IMG/VR virus record: IMGVR_UViG_3300020475_000546
Coordinates: 54,350 to 74,349 of that record
Source: an uncultured virus (IMG/VR IMGVR_UViG_3300020475_000546)
Taxonomy: Duplodnaviria; Heunggongvirae; Uroviricota; Caudoviricetes
Strand: one strand, 5' to 3'
Length of the DNA stretch: 20,000 bases
In this document: positions 8,088-17,386 of the stretch, piece after piece
How positions within the stretch are numbered: position 1 is the stretch's first letter
Layout of the letters: every line of letters starts with the position of its first letter
Position numbers and translations under genes: made by a program
Notes under the pieces: generated by a model
Database searches by the model: none
Told to the model about the DNA's origin: nothing
Seen by the model: the letters and a program-made list of their open reading frames with translations, nothing else

Positions 8088-8525
8088 TTAGAAATGCTCA
8101 TTCCAATGTTCTTCGCAAAGCCAGCTCGCTGATCCTTCTCCGGCATTAACGCCTACGGATGGTTTCATGCACTCGCCCGTTTCATCACCATAATCACAGA
8201 TTCGCTCGTCTGGATAATTTGGGTTTTCCTTTTGTGAACCCGGCCCGTGAGAGTAAGCTATATCAGCACACTTTTCACACACGCCACCATCGGGTGAAAA
8301 TCTGTCGCAAACCTCAACCGAACATTCAGAAATACTTTCTATCGGCATCCCCGTTTCTTCATCCACATCCCAGCTCACAGGTTTCTCCATGTCATGGTCA
8401 ATAATTCGGAATCCTCTCCGTTCTCCTTCTTCGTGATATTCTTTTACCCTCTCGCCCCATTCTCGGAGCTTTTCGGGGTCATCTGAAAACTTGACTATTT
8501 TCCAAGCCTTGTCGAATGCGGTCAT
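8088..8525 (-). CDS. Tagged hypothetical protein with Cys clusters (Zn-finger-like)
   Basis: Starts MTAFDKAWKIVK; CSVEVC, CEKC, C...C...CEEH. Confidence 0.8.
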   Translation of the reverse strand: MTAFDKAWKIVKFSDDPEKLREWGERVKEYHEEGERRGFRIIDHDMEKPVSWDVDEETGMPIESISECSVEVCDRFSPDGGVCEKCADIAYSHGPGSQKENPNYPDERICDYGDETGECMKPSVGVNAGEGSASWLCEEHWNEHF

Positions 8526-8530
8526 CTTAA

Positions 8531-8692
8531 TCATCTCGTATTTTCCAAATGTTCATTATGACATTCTCGGCATAAGCCATGATAAAAAGGGCCATCAAAA
8601 GGCACACGGGCAACAATTGGCTTATTTTCATTACATGAGTCGCATTCTTCTTCGTCTTTCACAATATCCCAAGCCTTGTCGAATGCGGTCAT
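8531..8692 (-). CDS. Tagged small Zn-finger protein (53 aa)
   Basis: Starts MTAFDKAWDIVK; CDSC...CREC; GAGGTGAGG RBS. Confidence 0.8.
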   Translation of the reverse strand: MTAFDKAWDIVKDEEECDSCNENKPIVARVPFDGPFYHGLCRECHNEHLENTR

Positions 8693-8699
8693 CCTCACC

Positions 8700-9095
8700 T
8701 CACCTCCCAAACTCATCCCATTCCCATGAATCGGTATCAGTATGATTAGTAAAACCGCATTCCCAACAATTCATAACCATATCTTCCTCGTTTAGAAGGT
8801 ATGCCTCCATATTCATATCACCACAGTTAGGGCATGGTTGAGGCACGATTCTGATTTCTGGATTAAAATCAGAACGGGGTTTTATCTCTTCATCTTCCTT
8901 CGTTGGTGAGTTAGGATTTCTCATTACCCCTGACTCAATCAATCTTCTATCACTACAATCATTACAAAGCGACCCCGGTTTAACATCATGATAGGAGACA
9001 CGGGATATGTTTTGTCCGGTAAGTTCTATTCCACAGGATGAACAATCGCTTTCAGAATCTTTAACAATGCCCCAAGCCTTGTCAAATGCGGTCAT
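8700..9095 (-). CDS. Tagged double Zn-ribbon protein (131 aa)
   Basis: Starts MTAFDKAWGIVK; CSSC/CNDC and CPNC/CWEC pairs. Confidence 0.8.
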   Translation of the reverse strand: MTAFDKAWGIVKDSESDCSSCGIELTGQNISRVSYHDVKPGSLCNDCSDRRLIESGVMRNPNSPTKEDEEIKPRSDFNPEIRIVPQPCPNCGDMNMEAYLLNEEDMVMNCWECGFTNHTDTDSWEWDEFGR

Positions 9096-9727
9096 CTGTA
9101 AGCCTCTACATAAGCTCGCATCAATTTAGAACCGTTTAATCCGAGAATGCGTGATACCTGCCTAACAGCATCCATGACTTCATAACCCTGCATGACTAAC
9201 TCTCTTACATCATCTACATAGAAAGCTTCATCTGATTTCTTTACAGGGCCAGCCTTTCTTGCTCTATCAATCAGACCTTTTGAACCAAGAGCATTGGGGG
9301 CTGAATGTGAAGGCGGTTCGTTGTCAAACATATCCTTGAGCCTTTCATACTCATCTTCAATACCATCATTATCTGTTTCTAATATGTTAGCCATAACCTT
9401 TCGATTATGATCCTCACCAGTCGTTGGCTTCAAATCGCTAAACTTCTCTGGAACGCCTCTTGCACCTTCCTTCATCCTTCGCAGCTTTTCGTTAAACTTC
9501 TCTCCGAATCTTTCATTCTTAGCTACAGTCCAAGCCTTCTCAAAATTATCAGGTTGCATCAAACCGCCATCGGCATTATCATGCACATCGTCAATATGTG
9601 CGTTTAGCCCAAACTCTTGAGCTACTTGACCCAATGCCTTTTCCAATTCAAAGTAAAACCCAGATTCATCATCTACGCCACCTTCAACATTTCCGAGCAG
9701 GGTTACACTAATTACTACTTGACTCAT
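9092..9727 (-). CDS. Hypothetical protein with an internal tag (NFEKAWTVAK)
   Basis: GAGGTGA RBS upstream of ATG 9727; tag at about residue 60. Confidence 0.75.
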   Translation of the reverse strand: MSQVVISVTLLGNVEGGVDDESGFYFELEKALGQVAQEFGLNAHIDDVHDNADGGLMQPDNFEKAWTVAKNERFGEKFNEKLRRMKEGARGVPEKFSDLKPTTGEDHNRKVMANILETDNDGIEDEYERLKDMFDNEPPSHSAPNALGSKGLIDRARKAGPVKKSDEAFYVDDVRELVMQGYEVMDAVRQVSRILGLNGSKLMRAYVEAYR

Positions 9728-9737
9728 CTTAATCACC

Positions 9738-10328
9738 TCAAAATATATTTCTCATATCTTCATATTCGCCATCGGCCAATCTTTGTAATAATGCAAGCAT
9801 ATTCATTCTTTCGACCCTTCCTTTATGCCCTGCTCCGTCATGGTCGTAACTATATCCGCTTTCACCGTAATCCCCTTCACCGATTCGTTCATATCCCAAT
9901 CTGTAATTCAAATCGTAAGGAAAATCTTCTGAGTATTGATCCATGCCACTAAGAGATTTCATGTCATCTTCTGTCATTTCCCAATCATCTCCAAATAGCT
10001 CTTTTTCGCTTGGCCTGTTTCTTGAAAGACCTGCGAAATCACCACCCATATCATAACCCGTCTGCAACCACATTTCTGGGTTTTGAGTTAGCATTTCTAT
10101 TATTGGAAGCATAGACTTAGGCATCTTCACATAGACCATCTCTTCATCGGTCATCGCTTTTTTCATAGCATCTTCTTCTGCGTATTTTTTCTCTCTATCT
10201 TCGGGTGTTGATAGACAATGGGTGCATTTACCACTCATATCAGTAGTTATGCAGTTCTCGCACATCCAATCCTCATCATCTTCATCTTCTTCTTTGGTTA
10301 TTTTCCAAGCTTTTTCAAAACTACTCAT
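9738..10328 (-). CDS. Tagged acidic hypothetical protein with a Zn finger (196 aa)
   Basis: Starts MSSFEKAWKITK; WMCENC...CTHC. Confidence 0.8.
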   Translation of the reverse strand: MSSFEKAWKITKEEDEDDEDWMCENCITTDMSGKCTHCLSTPEDREKKYAEEDAMKKAMTDEEMVYVKMPKSMLPIIEMLTQNPEMWLQTGYDMGGDFAGLSRNRPSEKELFGDDWEMTEDDMKSLSGMDQYSEDFPYDLNYRLGYERIGEGDYGESGYSYDHDGAGHKGRVERMNMLALLQRLADGEYEDMRNIF

Positions 10329-10780
10329 TTTCTTCGCCTCATTTCCTTGTTAGGTTCAAGATTATCTCTATTTTCTCTCTCCCAATCATCATCGTCAGGT
10401 ATCCGTGCCAACATTTCTGGCCCCATTTCAATAGGTTTGCTAACTTTGTAGCCCATAGCCTCAAGGATGTTCTTTGCAGCTTCTACTACTGGGTCGTAAT
10501 TAGGCTCATAGCCCTCATCCAATAGAGAATACGCCTCATTTGCACTTACAAATGAATCATCAAGCATCCCATCAAGGGGATGTGGATTTTCTCTATTTCT
10601 TGGCGTAGCCCCGTCAAAACATTCCCTACAATAATCGCTATTGGGATCCCTGTATGAACCACAGCTATCACAATTATCTTTACCTCTATAATGAACATCA
10701 TCCCAAGCATCTGTTGATTCATCGGGTTCTTCCTTAACCAGATTCCAAGCGGTGTCAAACGACTCTCCGAGATTACCCAT
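10325..10780 (-). CDS. Tagged acidic hypothetical protein with a Zn finger (151 aa)
   Basis: Starts MGNLGESFDTAWNLVK; CDSC...CREC; promoter-like motif directly upstream. Confidence 0.8.
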   Translation of the reverse strand: MGNLGESFDTAWNLVKEEPDESTDAWDDVHYRGKDNCDSCGSYRDPNSDYCRECFDGATPRNRENPHPLDGMLDDSFVSANEAYSLLDEGYEPNYDPVVEAAKNILEAMGYKVSKPIEMGPEMLARIPDDDDWERENRDNLEPNKEMRRRK

Positions 10781-10818
10781 TGAATGAGATACGGAGGACA
10801 ATTGACTTTAACATTTCA

Positions 10819-11868
10819 CTATTGTTTGCCCAAAATACGATTCTTTGCGTTTTGTCTTGCCCTTCTTCCCATAGATACCTCAAACGGCCAAGTATTGAAT
10901 GGATTTATGCCTACTTGCTCAGGATTGCGAGCTAAATCCAGTATATCGCCAACATCGGAATCGGGGTATTCGTTCAATGCCTTGAATCTCTCTTCTGGTG
11001 TTGCACCCATCGTGTGAGCTTCAGCTGCATGAGCAGCATATTCTTGAGCTGAAGTCCATTTTCTATTTACTTCTCGTTGCTTCTCTCTCGCTAACTCTTC
11101 TCTTTCGGATTCGCTCAATCCTTCGGGATATTCGCCCCTGTGCCTTGCGTATTCCCATAAATCATCAGAATGAGGCGGGCTTAGTGCCTGATGAGCTTGC
11201 TCATGGGCTAATACTTGGATTATCCTTCTAATCATCTCATCCTCGTCTGTTTTACCGCCCCAGCCCGCAGCATCCCATGTCATACCGCCTAAATTGACGA
11301 ATGCCTCATCATTATTCGGATCATACCCCCCTGCTGTGAACATATCAGGGAATCTTCGAAGATAGCGAAACTCTTTCTCAATCTTAGGGTGAATCTTGCC
11401 TTCTAGGTCTGTAGCTACCCATGGCTTTTGCGATGCACTATCAATCATGCCCTCATCCACCAGCTTATTCCAATAATCAACGGTATCGTTTTCAATATTG
11501 GTAGCTCTAATCGGTAAATCTTTGCCCTCATATCCTTTCAATTCGGTTATCATTTCATTTAGCCTATCTCTTGATAGCCCTTTGCCCCTCTTATCATTAG
11601 CCATTTGGAATAGAACCATTTGGAGATATGGGCCGAGTTCGGGGTCATCATCTTCATCTATGTACCCTGCATAGCCCTGTGCATCGCCATGTTCTGATTC
11701 CCAAAGCCTTGGGTTGTAATCTCCATGCCCCATTATTCTATCTTCAGCTATATTGATTACATCAAACTTGTAATTCTTAGCATTATCATGCCAATCATCA
11801 GTATTGACTTGATAAGGGTGATAGATAGGCATCTTCACCAAATCCCAAGCTCGGTCAAAGGCGGTCAT
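10819..11868 (-). CDS. Tagged protein: GNAT-like acetyltransferase domain plus HExxH zincin-like domain (349 aa)
   Basis: Starts MTAFDRAWDLVK; KRGKGLS (acetyl-CoA motif A-like) and N...YWNKL; LAHEQAH with a downstream QEYAA candidate third ligand. Confidence 0.7.
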   Translation of the reverse strand: MTAFDRAWDLVKMPIYHPYQVNTDDWHDNAKNYKFDVINIAEDRIMGHGDYNPRLWESEHGDAQGYAGYIDEDDDPELGPYLQMVLFQMANDKRGKGLSRDRLNEMITELKGYEGKDLPIRATNIENDTVDYWNKLVDEGMIDSASQKPWVATDLEGKIHPKIEKEFRYLRRFPDMFTAGGYDPNNDEAFVNLGGMTWDAAGWGGKTDEDEMIRRIIQVLAHEQAHQALSPPHSDDLWEYARHRGEYPEGLSESEREELAREKQREVNRKWTSAQEYAAHAAEAHTMGATPEERFKALNEYPDSDVGDILDLARNPEQVGINPFNTWPFEVSMGRRARQNAKNRILGKQ

Positions 11869-12212
11869 GAATCCTCACCATAACGAACATTATCAAACGC
11901 CCCCATATCTTCCAAGACAGTCCAAGGGTTGATGTTATCCCACATCTCACGATGGCGTTCCCCCATCATTTCGGTTATAGGGTTAGGCCAATCAGTAGTG
12001 GTTCTTCCACCCTCTCCATCATGGTGCATCATCACCATCCCGTCTGAAGGGTCATCGTCATAGTGATATGACCAATTTGAATTGTGAAGCCAAATAAGAT
12101 AATCAATAGCTTCAGAAGGGTCGTTTATCGGTTTTCTTATCATCATAGGGGGGTGATTTAACTGATGAGGACTATTCTTTGCTATCTTCCAAGCTCGGTC
12201 AAAGGTGGTCAT
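11865..12212 (-). CDS. Tagged hypothetical protein (115 aa)
   Basis: Starts MTTFDRAWKIAK; ATGA overlaps with both neighbours. Confidence 0.8.
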   Translation of the reverse strand: MTTFDRAWKIAKNSPHQLNHPPMMIRKPINDPSEAIDYLIWLHNSNWSYHYDDDPSDGMVMMHHDGEGGRTTTDWPNPITEMMGERHREMWDNINPWTVLEDMGAFDNVRYGEDS

Positions 12213-13204
12213 TCAATCCTTCTCCTTCCAACATTTGTGACGGCTTTCGGGTCTGAACCCAAGTACGCAATCTCAAGAGGGTATCTGCCCCTCAAGGGAT
12301 GATCCTCTCCATCAGTAAATAGATAGAAGGGCAATCGGTCATACTGGTGAGGGAATGCAGTTGGGGGGCTGTACTCAAATGGTTCATCACCCTCACTCAT
12401 GTAATCAGGGTCACGAACAAACATTCTACCGCCAAAATCATCTACTTTGGGTTCGGTGGGTCTTGTGAATCTGAAATCCCCTTTTGTTCTATCAACCATA
12501 GATTTGTCCCTGTAGTATTCAGACCATTCATTACCTCCCATACCCGGCAATTTATTGAAATCATGAATCGTCAAATCACCACCAGAAGTTAGCTTTCCAC
12601 CTAAGCTATTCCACAAATCATATCCTTCGATTGAAAATTGGTTATCCCCTACAAGCCCTGTGTCTTGTAATATTGAGCCGAGCAGGTGCTGACCGATACC
12701 TCGCCCCCCGAAACCGGGATTTAGGAAAATATTCGCAACATCGCCTTTTGGAGATGTATGAGCTGCGGCCAATGAAGCTCTACTCCCCTCGTTCTCTAAC
12801 TCTTCAAGCCACCTTCTAACCGGACTTTGCCCTTCATCTTCATCCGTCATCGCACTTGTAAATACGCTGTAGGGTATCGGTTTTCCTTGATGGCGGGCAT
12901 TCTGGCGTTGAGCTACATTCAAAGGATAATTAAGAATGCTCGGTTTCTGCGAAAACTCTCTCATTACTTTGGGTAGGGTAATCTTGTTGTAGGGTGCGGT
13001 TGTTTTCCAATCATCATCTAAGTTATACCTATCAAACTCGTCAAACAATTCCAAACCAACATGAGGATCAACGGTGAAGTGGTAATCTAAATCACCTTGT
13101 TTTGCATAGGGACTCCATGACGGTCTTGAAATGACTTCTGCATTAAAATCCAAATCCGGCAATTCCGCTTTCACAATAGCCCAAGCTCGGTCAAATGCGG
13201 TCAT
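12209..13204 (-). CDS. Tagged protein with a GNAT-like acetyltransferase domain (331 aa)
   Basis: Starts MTAFDRAWAIVK; VANIFLNPGFGGRGIGQHLL (motif A) and FSIEGYDLWNSL (motif B-like). Confidence 0.75.
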   Translation of the reverse strand: MTAFDRAWAIVKAELPDLDFNAEVISRPSWSPYAKQGDLDYHFTVDPHVGLELFDEFDRYNLDDDWKTTAPYNKITLPKVMREFSQKPSILNYPLNVAQRQNARHQGKPIPYSVFTSAMTDEDEGQSPVRRWLEELENEGSRASLAAAHTSPKGDVANIFLNPGFGGRGIGQHLLGSILQDTGLVGDNQFSIEGYDLWNSLGGKLTSGGDLTIHDFNKLPGMGGNEWSEYYRDKSMVDRTKGDFRFTRPTEPKVDDFGGRMFVRDPDYMSEGDEPFEYSPPTAFPHQYDRLPFYLFTDGEDHPLRGRYPLEIAYLGSDPKAVTNVGRRRIE

Positions 13205-13671
13205 TCGAGATACCCCCATTTATCACGAAGCTTGAGGCTATCCCTCTCTTTTGCCACTAATCTTCTCCATTCATCCCAATCTATCTTGTTGTCTTTGTCT
13301 TTTGATGCGTAATATATCCAATCAAGCTGATTTCTTAGGTTTCTTTTGACTCTATGCCCGCTTTCAGCACCTAATGATCGCTTGATTCTTTCTAACTGAA
13401 AAGCATCTATCGCATCGTCTAAGGTTTCATACTGCCCCATGTATAGTGGCTCATTAGTAAGGTAGTTATCACTAAGTCGTCTTTGAGATATTGTATCGGT
13501 GAATCCACCGCAATTGGGGCAAAACCCAATCTCCGACATGGCATCTTGGCCTCTCGGAACGCCTGTAACGCCCATTTGCTTCGCTTCATTCAACGAGTAC
13601 ATGGGTTCGAAACAGTTCGTGCAACGAAAACCGTATTTGGAATGCAGGTTATTTCTAGGTTCATCTATCAT
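13201..13671 (-). CDS. Zn-ribbon hypothetical protein, no tag (156 aa)
   Basis: CTNC...CPNC; TGATG overlap with the upstream gene supports the ATG at 13671. Confidence 0.7.
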   Translation of the reverse strand: MIDEPRNNLHSKYGFRCTNCFEPMYSLNEAKQMGVTGVPRGQDAMSEIGFCPNCGGFTDTISQRRLSDNYLTNEPLYMGQYETLDDAIDAFQLERIKRSLGAESGHRVKRNLRNQLDWIYYASKDKDNKIDWDEWRRLVAKERDSLKLRDKWGYLE

Positions 13672-15743
13672 CAAACCCCTCCTGAACAATCACACGGCCT
13701 ATTCCAGTTTGGCGGATACCAAGGCAATTCTGGATATGCACCGTAAGTATCCTTCACCCTCTCGCAAAGCCAACATCTCTTTCTCGGAAATCCAGCTGAT
13801 GGGTTGAGGTTCTTAGCTACAGACCAACCATCTTCAAAGGAGTCACCTGAGCGATACATATCAACGGCATCCGAGCTTCCCATAGTCGTTTCAGCTACGC
13901 ATTCGTCATACTCATCAATTATTCTTCGAGCCAACCAATGTTCTGGGGTTTCATTACCCGGCTTTCTATCTGTAACATTGAGTCTATGATACACACCGGG
14001 CATATCGCCTGAAAAATCCCTTAGAGTTTCAATAAACTCTTCACAGCTCATACTCTCGTATCCGTCAATTATGTTTTGATTGACACCCGACAAGCTCTCA
14101 TTCAACACGAAAGACGAGTCATCCATCCCGAATATCTCTCTCAACCCCTCAATCCACTTATTCTTCGCATTGACGCAACATGGATCATCACCAGAATCAA
14201 GCGGTGGCTCAAGATTTATGATTGGTGCTGTTTCTTCCTCTTGTTCATCAAGTGTCCTTGCTTGCATAGCTCGGTCTGCATCAAACTTGGTAATGCCCCA
14301 AGCATCCTCAAAGGAATCACCAGAAGCTGTAAAATCGCCCGAAAACCCCTCAGATATACAAGATTCCCATTGTTCAAGCACCTTTTTCGCTTTTGGTGCT
14401 AAATCCTCATTCCCCATCAATTCTGCTTCGGGGTCATCATAAGCAAGCCATTCCAACCATGAATGAAGCTCATCGCAATCTAATTCACCCCCGCCTAAAC
14501 CATCTGTTCCGCCTTCAACACCCTTAGACCATATCCAAGGATTGCTTCTGGTGTGATCTCCGGTCAATTCTTGATACAATTGTAGAGCTTCAAGACAGCA
14601 CTTATCCGGTTCTCCACCATTAGGGTTCAAATCCACATTGACTTCTTCATCCTCAGCTGGCATCTGTTCTTGGTTAGCCATACGATCTTGAGCATCAAGA
14701 AAAGGTTCTGCTTCGGGCGGAAATGGGTTAAACTTCATTTTGGCTATGTTCCAGCTATCCTCAAACACATCACCAGAAGCTGTGAAGTCGCCACCGAAAT
14801 CAACGCCACCGAAACCGCCACGCTGACAGGCTTCGTATTCTTGAATGGCCTCAAGTGCTTGATTTAGAATACCTTGAACAAGGTGGGCAAAATCTTCATC
14901 CGTTTGAGGGTCATTGAGTAAAGACTCCAAATCGGGCTTGATTTGCTCATTGAATATAGCAATTGCATCATCGCATGGCTCATCCCACCAATCCCAATCA
15001 ACATACATAGCATCAGGCTTAGATGAAAGTAATTGAAAACCATTAGAATTATCATAAGGCGTTCCATTGAATATATTTTCAAACTCAATTTGGAGATTTT
15101 GGCAACATTCACCTTGATTACCCCCTATGTTGAGGTTCAAATCAACATTTTCATCAACATCGGGCATCTGAGCATCTACGGTTCTCGCCATCTCAGCTCT
15201 TTGTTGGTCAAACTTGGTGAATGATTTATCAAAAGATTGGAATCTGTAATCGTAATCGGGTTCGGTATAACCACATTCGTTACAACCAAGTGTGAATGAT
15301 TTTACATCATCGTTCTCTCGGATAACCATAGCATCCCCTTTACATTCGGGGCATTTGACGCTACCAATAATTACCCCCCCATCTTCATAGTCGGCATCGT
15401 ATTTATTGCCCTCATCATCTGTATCCGGCCTGTTGCTGAGCTTTTCATCACCTTCCTCTTCATATCTCATTATAGATGTGAAGGGAATGCCCGCATCTCT
15501 CATTCGAGCCATGACCTCATCGGGTGTAGCACCTTTTAACGACCAATCAAGCTCCCAATCACGGCCACCCATCGGATAACCCCCACCTGCATCAAAAGTA
15601 ATGCCCTCAGCCATCAGCTCATCACGAAGCCGGAATAACTTGTCAGCTACTTCTGGATCGGAAGTATCCGTATTGACTGAATGATAAAACGGAGCTTTAG
15701 CGACCCTCCAAGCCGAATCAAACGGGCTATCCGCTACGCTCAT
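13671..15743 (-). CDS. Large acidic polyprotein-like protein with three ~150-160-aa four-Cys repeats delimited by tag copies (690 aa)
   Basis: Tags PFDSAWRVAK, (SFDKSFTK), VFEDSWNIAK, SFEDAWGITK, SFEDGWSVAK; each repeat has CC...C[DE][DE]...[YW][ED]xC. Confidence 0.85.
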   Translation of the reverse strand: MSVADSPFDSAWRVAKAPFYHSVNTDTSDPEVADKLFRLRDELMAEGITFDAGGGYPMGGRDWELDWSLKGATPDEVMARMRDAGIPFTSIMRYEEEGDEKLSNRPDTDDEGNKYDADYEDGGVIIGSVKCPECKGDAMVIRENDDVKSFTLGCNECGYTEPDYDYRFQSFDKSFTKFDQQRAEMARTVDAQMPDVDENVDLNLNIGGNQGECCQNLQIEFENIFNGTPYDNSNGFQLLSSKPDAMYVDWDWWDEPCDDAIAIFNEQIKPDLESLLNDPQTDEDFAHLVQGILNQALEAIQEYEACQRGGFGGVDFGGDFTASGDVFEDSWNIAKMKFNPFPPEAEPFLDAQDRMANQEQMPAEDEEVNVDLNPNGGEPDKCCLEALQLYQELTGDHTRSNPWIWSKGVEGGTDGLGGGELDCDELHSWLEWLAYDDPEAELMGNEDLAPKAKKVLEQWESCISEGFSGDFTASGDSFEDAWGITKFDADRAMQARTLDEQEEETAPIINLEPPLDSGDDPCCVNAKNKWIEGLREIFGMDDSSFVLNESLSGVNQNIIDGYESMSCEEFIETLRDFSGDMPGVYHRLNVTDRKPGNETPEHWLARRIIDEYDECVAETTMGSSDAVDMYRSGDSFEDGWSVAKNLNPSAGFPRKRCWLCERVKDTYGAYPELPWYPPNWNRPCDCSGGV

Positions 15744-15856
15744 TGTTCAAGACACTCTTCGCAATCGTTTTTGGCTTTTCCGAAAAACCCCTCTATTTGG
15801 GCATCCCAATAGTCCCAGTCCCAATCGGGGTGCTTACTTTTCGGGCATTTAGTCAC
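15740..15856 (-). CDS. Small Cys/His peptide (38 aa; MTKCPKSKHPDWDWDYWDAQIEGFFGKAKNDCEECLEQ)
   Basis: Manually translated; GTG start with GAGGT RBS, ATGA overlap with the 690-aa gene, C-x4-H...CxxC. Confidence 0.55.
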   Translation of the reverse strand: MTKCPKSKHPDWDWDYWDAQIEGFFGKAKNDCEECLEQ

Positions 15857-16163
15857 GACTTACCTCTTTTGACGACCATTATCATCCAAAAAGGCAGTAT
15901 TTTCAAGAAAGCTTCAGCTATCACGGCCTAAAATGCCCCCAAGCGTAGATTCCCTTGTAAAGATAGGCAAAAACCGCCCCGGTAGCAACAATTACGAAAA
16001 TAAATGGAAAAGTGCCTATATCAATAGGACTTTCGGTGACTTTTTGCACTATACGAGATATTTCTGCGTCAGTAACCATCATTCAACCCCCCAATCGTCA
16101 TTATCTTCAAAAATCTCATTCAGACAACGGATAAACATAGCCGTTTTTGTGTATCTTTTCATT

Positions 16164-16457
16164 TTAGTACCCCATATCCATTTTACTCGGTTTTTTCATC
16201 TCACGGATTTGCTGAGTAGCAAATCGTATCTTTTGGGTGCTGTGTAGTGACCAGAATGTGTCTGTATCAAGTCCAAACTCTCTCTCAACGATTCTGCATA
16301 GCTCATATCGTGAGCTAGTTTGCAGATCGCCATCAATAGGCAGACCTAAGACGGATTCAACCTCATCTTGAGAATACTCAACCCGCCTATCAAGCCATAC
16401 ATACGCATGACCCATGATAGACATGAGCTTTCTTGCGAACCATCGGAACAATCCCAT
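16164..16457 (-). CDS. Hypothetical protein with an amphipathic N-terminus (97 aa)
   Basis: ORF track; starts MGLFRWFARKLMSIMG. Confidence 0.7.
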   Translation of the reverse strand: MGLFRWFARKLMSIMGHAYVWLDRRVEYSQDEVESVLGLPIDGDLQTSSRYELCRIVEREFGLDTDTFWSLHSTQKIRFATQQIREMKKPSKMDMGY

Positions 16458-16458
16458 G

Positions 16459-16477
16459 TGGTGTAATAATTACACCA
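16459..16477. promoter_or_regulatory. Perfect 9-bp inverted repeat (candidate operator)
   Basis: TGGTGTAAT-A-ATTACACCA immediately upstream of ATG 16457. Confidence 0.5.
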
Positions 16478-16499
16478 ATGTATTTGTTCTTTTTGTTAT

Positions 16500-16682
16500 T
16501 CAGCGTGAGTTTTTCTCATTTTGAACGGTGATTCGAGCTTCTTGAGCTGCTGCTTTTACGGACTGGAGAGCCTTTCTTACTCTTGTTCCGGCAGCGGAAT
16601 TGCCTCTATCGTGCTTCTCAGCATCAGGCAGGGCGGTTGTTAGCGTATCAATGATGTTTTCAAGCTGTAGCTTAACAGACAT
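16500..16682 (-). CDS. Histone H1-like Hc1-family small DNA-binding protein (60 aa)
   Basis: DAEKHDRGNSAAGTRVRKALQSVK matches the Hc1 core pattern (K..GNKAAGTR.RK..); lacks the long Lys-rich tail. Confidence 0.8.
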   Translation of the reverse strand: MSVKLQLENIIDTLTTALPDAEKHDRGNSAAGTRVRKALQSVKAAAQEARITVQNEKNSR

Positions 16683-16750
16683 GACACTTCTGCTACGACT
16701 GACAGTTATATGTGTTTTCGTGGTTTAACAGCTCTAAGGGCATTTTCGGC

Positions 16751-17026
16751 CTAATAACCTCTTATCGCATCCAAAGCGAGCCTTGCCATATCTCCAACAT
16801 CGTGCCACCCATCATGTAGCCCATTTGGATCAGAGAGTTCTTCAAGCCAAGCGATTGTCTTATCTCTCAAATCGTCTTGCTCATCGGAGGCATCATACAC
16901 AAGCTCATCATCATCTGGATGAGTCCTATCGCTAAGCATTCCTTCCCCTAAACGCCTCATCATCTCATCGTCATCGGCCTTGACGATTTGCCAAACATAA
17001 TCAAACGCCTTCTCAAAATTGCTCAT
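16751..17026 (-). CDS. Tagged acidic hypothetical protein (91 aa)
   Basis: Starts MSNFEKAFDYVWQIVK; ATGA overlap with the upstream gene. Confidence 0.75.
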   Translation of the reverse strand: MSNFEKAFDYVWQIVKADDDEMMRRLGEGMLSDRTHPDDDELVYDASDEQDDLRDKTIAWLEELSDPNGLHDGWHDVGDMARLALDAIRGY

Positions 17027-17385
17027 ACTATATCCCTTAACACTATTCCTGAAAAGCTGTATCGGTTCTCCCATTCACCCGAACAATTGAAACATTTGTA
17101 TGTTTGATAATAGTCGCCATCAAGCCCATAATCAATAATCTCATGTTCCTTGTACGCCCCAGTCGAGTTATCTGGATGGCTTAGGCTTCCTTGAAACCTG
17201 TCATTTATTACGGGGTTTGCTTCTGTTGATGCCCCACAATGAGGACAAGGATCTTCATATTCAATAGGATAATCAGGGGTTTGCTCATTCAAACGCTTTT
17301 CTTCTGTTGAATGGAACGGTGCTTCAGGAGGCAATTCCTCTTCCTCATCTTTGACTATATCCCAAGCCTTCTCAAAATTACTCAT
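17023..17385 (-). CDS. Tagged Zn-ribbon protein (120 aa)
   Basis: Starts MSNFEKAWDIVK; CPHCG...CFNC. Confidence 0.8.
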   Translation of the reverse strand: MSNFEKAWDIVKDEEEELPPEAPFHSTEEKRLNEQTPDYPIEYEDPCPHCGASTEANPVINDRFQGSLSHPDNSTGAYKEHEIIDYGLDGDYYQTYKCFNCSGEWENRYSFSGIVLRDIV

Positions 17386-17386
17386 C

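Larger units (their letters stand above)
8502..13204 (-). repeat. Dispersed 24-nt direct repeat at gene starts (ATGACC[GA]C[AC]TT[CT]GAC[AAG/CGA]GCTTGG)
   Basis: Copies at 8502-8525, 8669-8692, 9072-9095, 11845-11868, 12189-12212 and 13181-13204. Confidence 0.9.

Noticed and set aside
8502..13204. 24-nt repeats as a CRISPR array
   Set aside because: Spacing is irregular (~170 to >2700 nt), each copy is an in-frame gene start and no cas genes are present.
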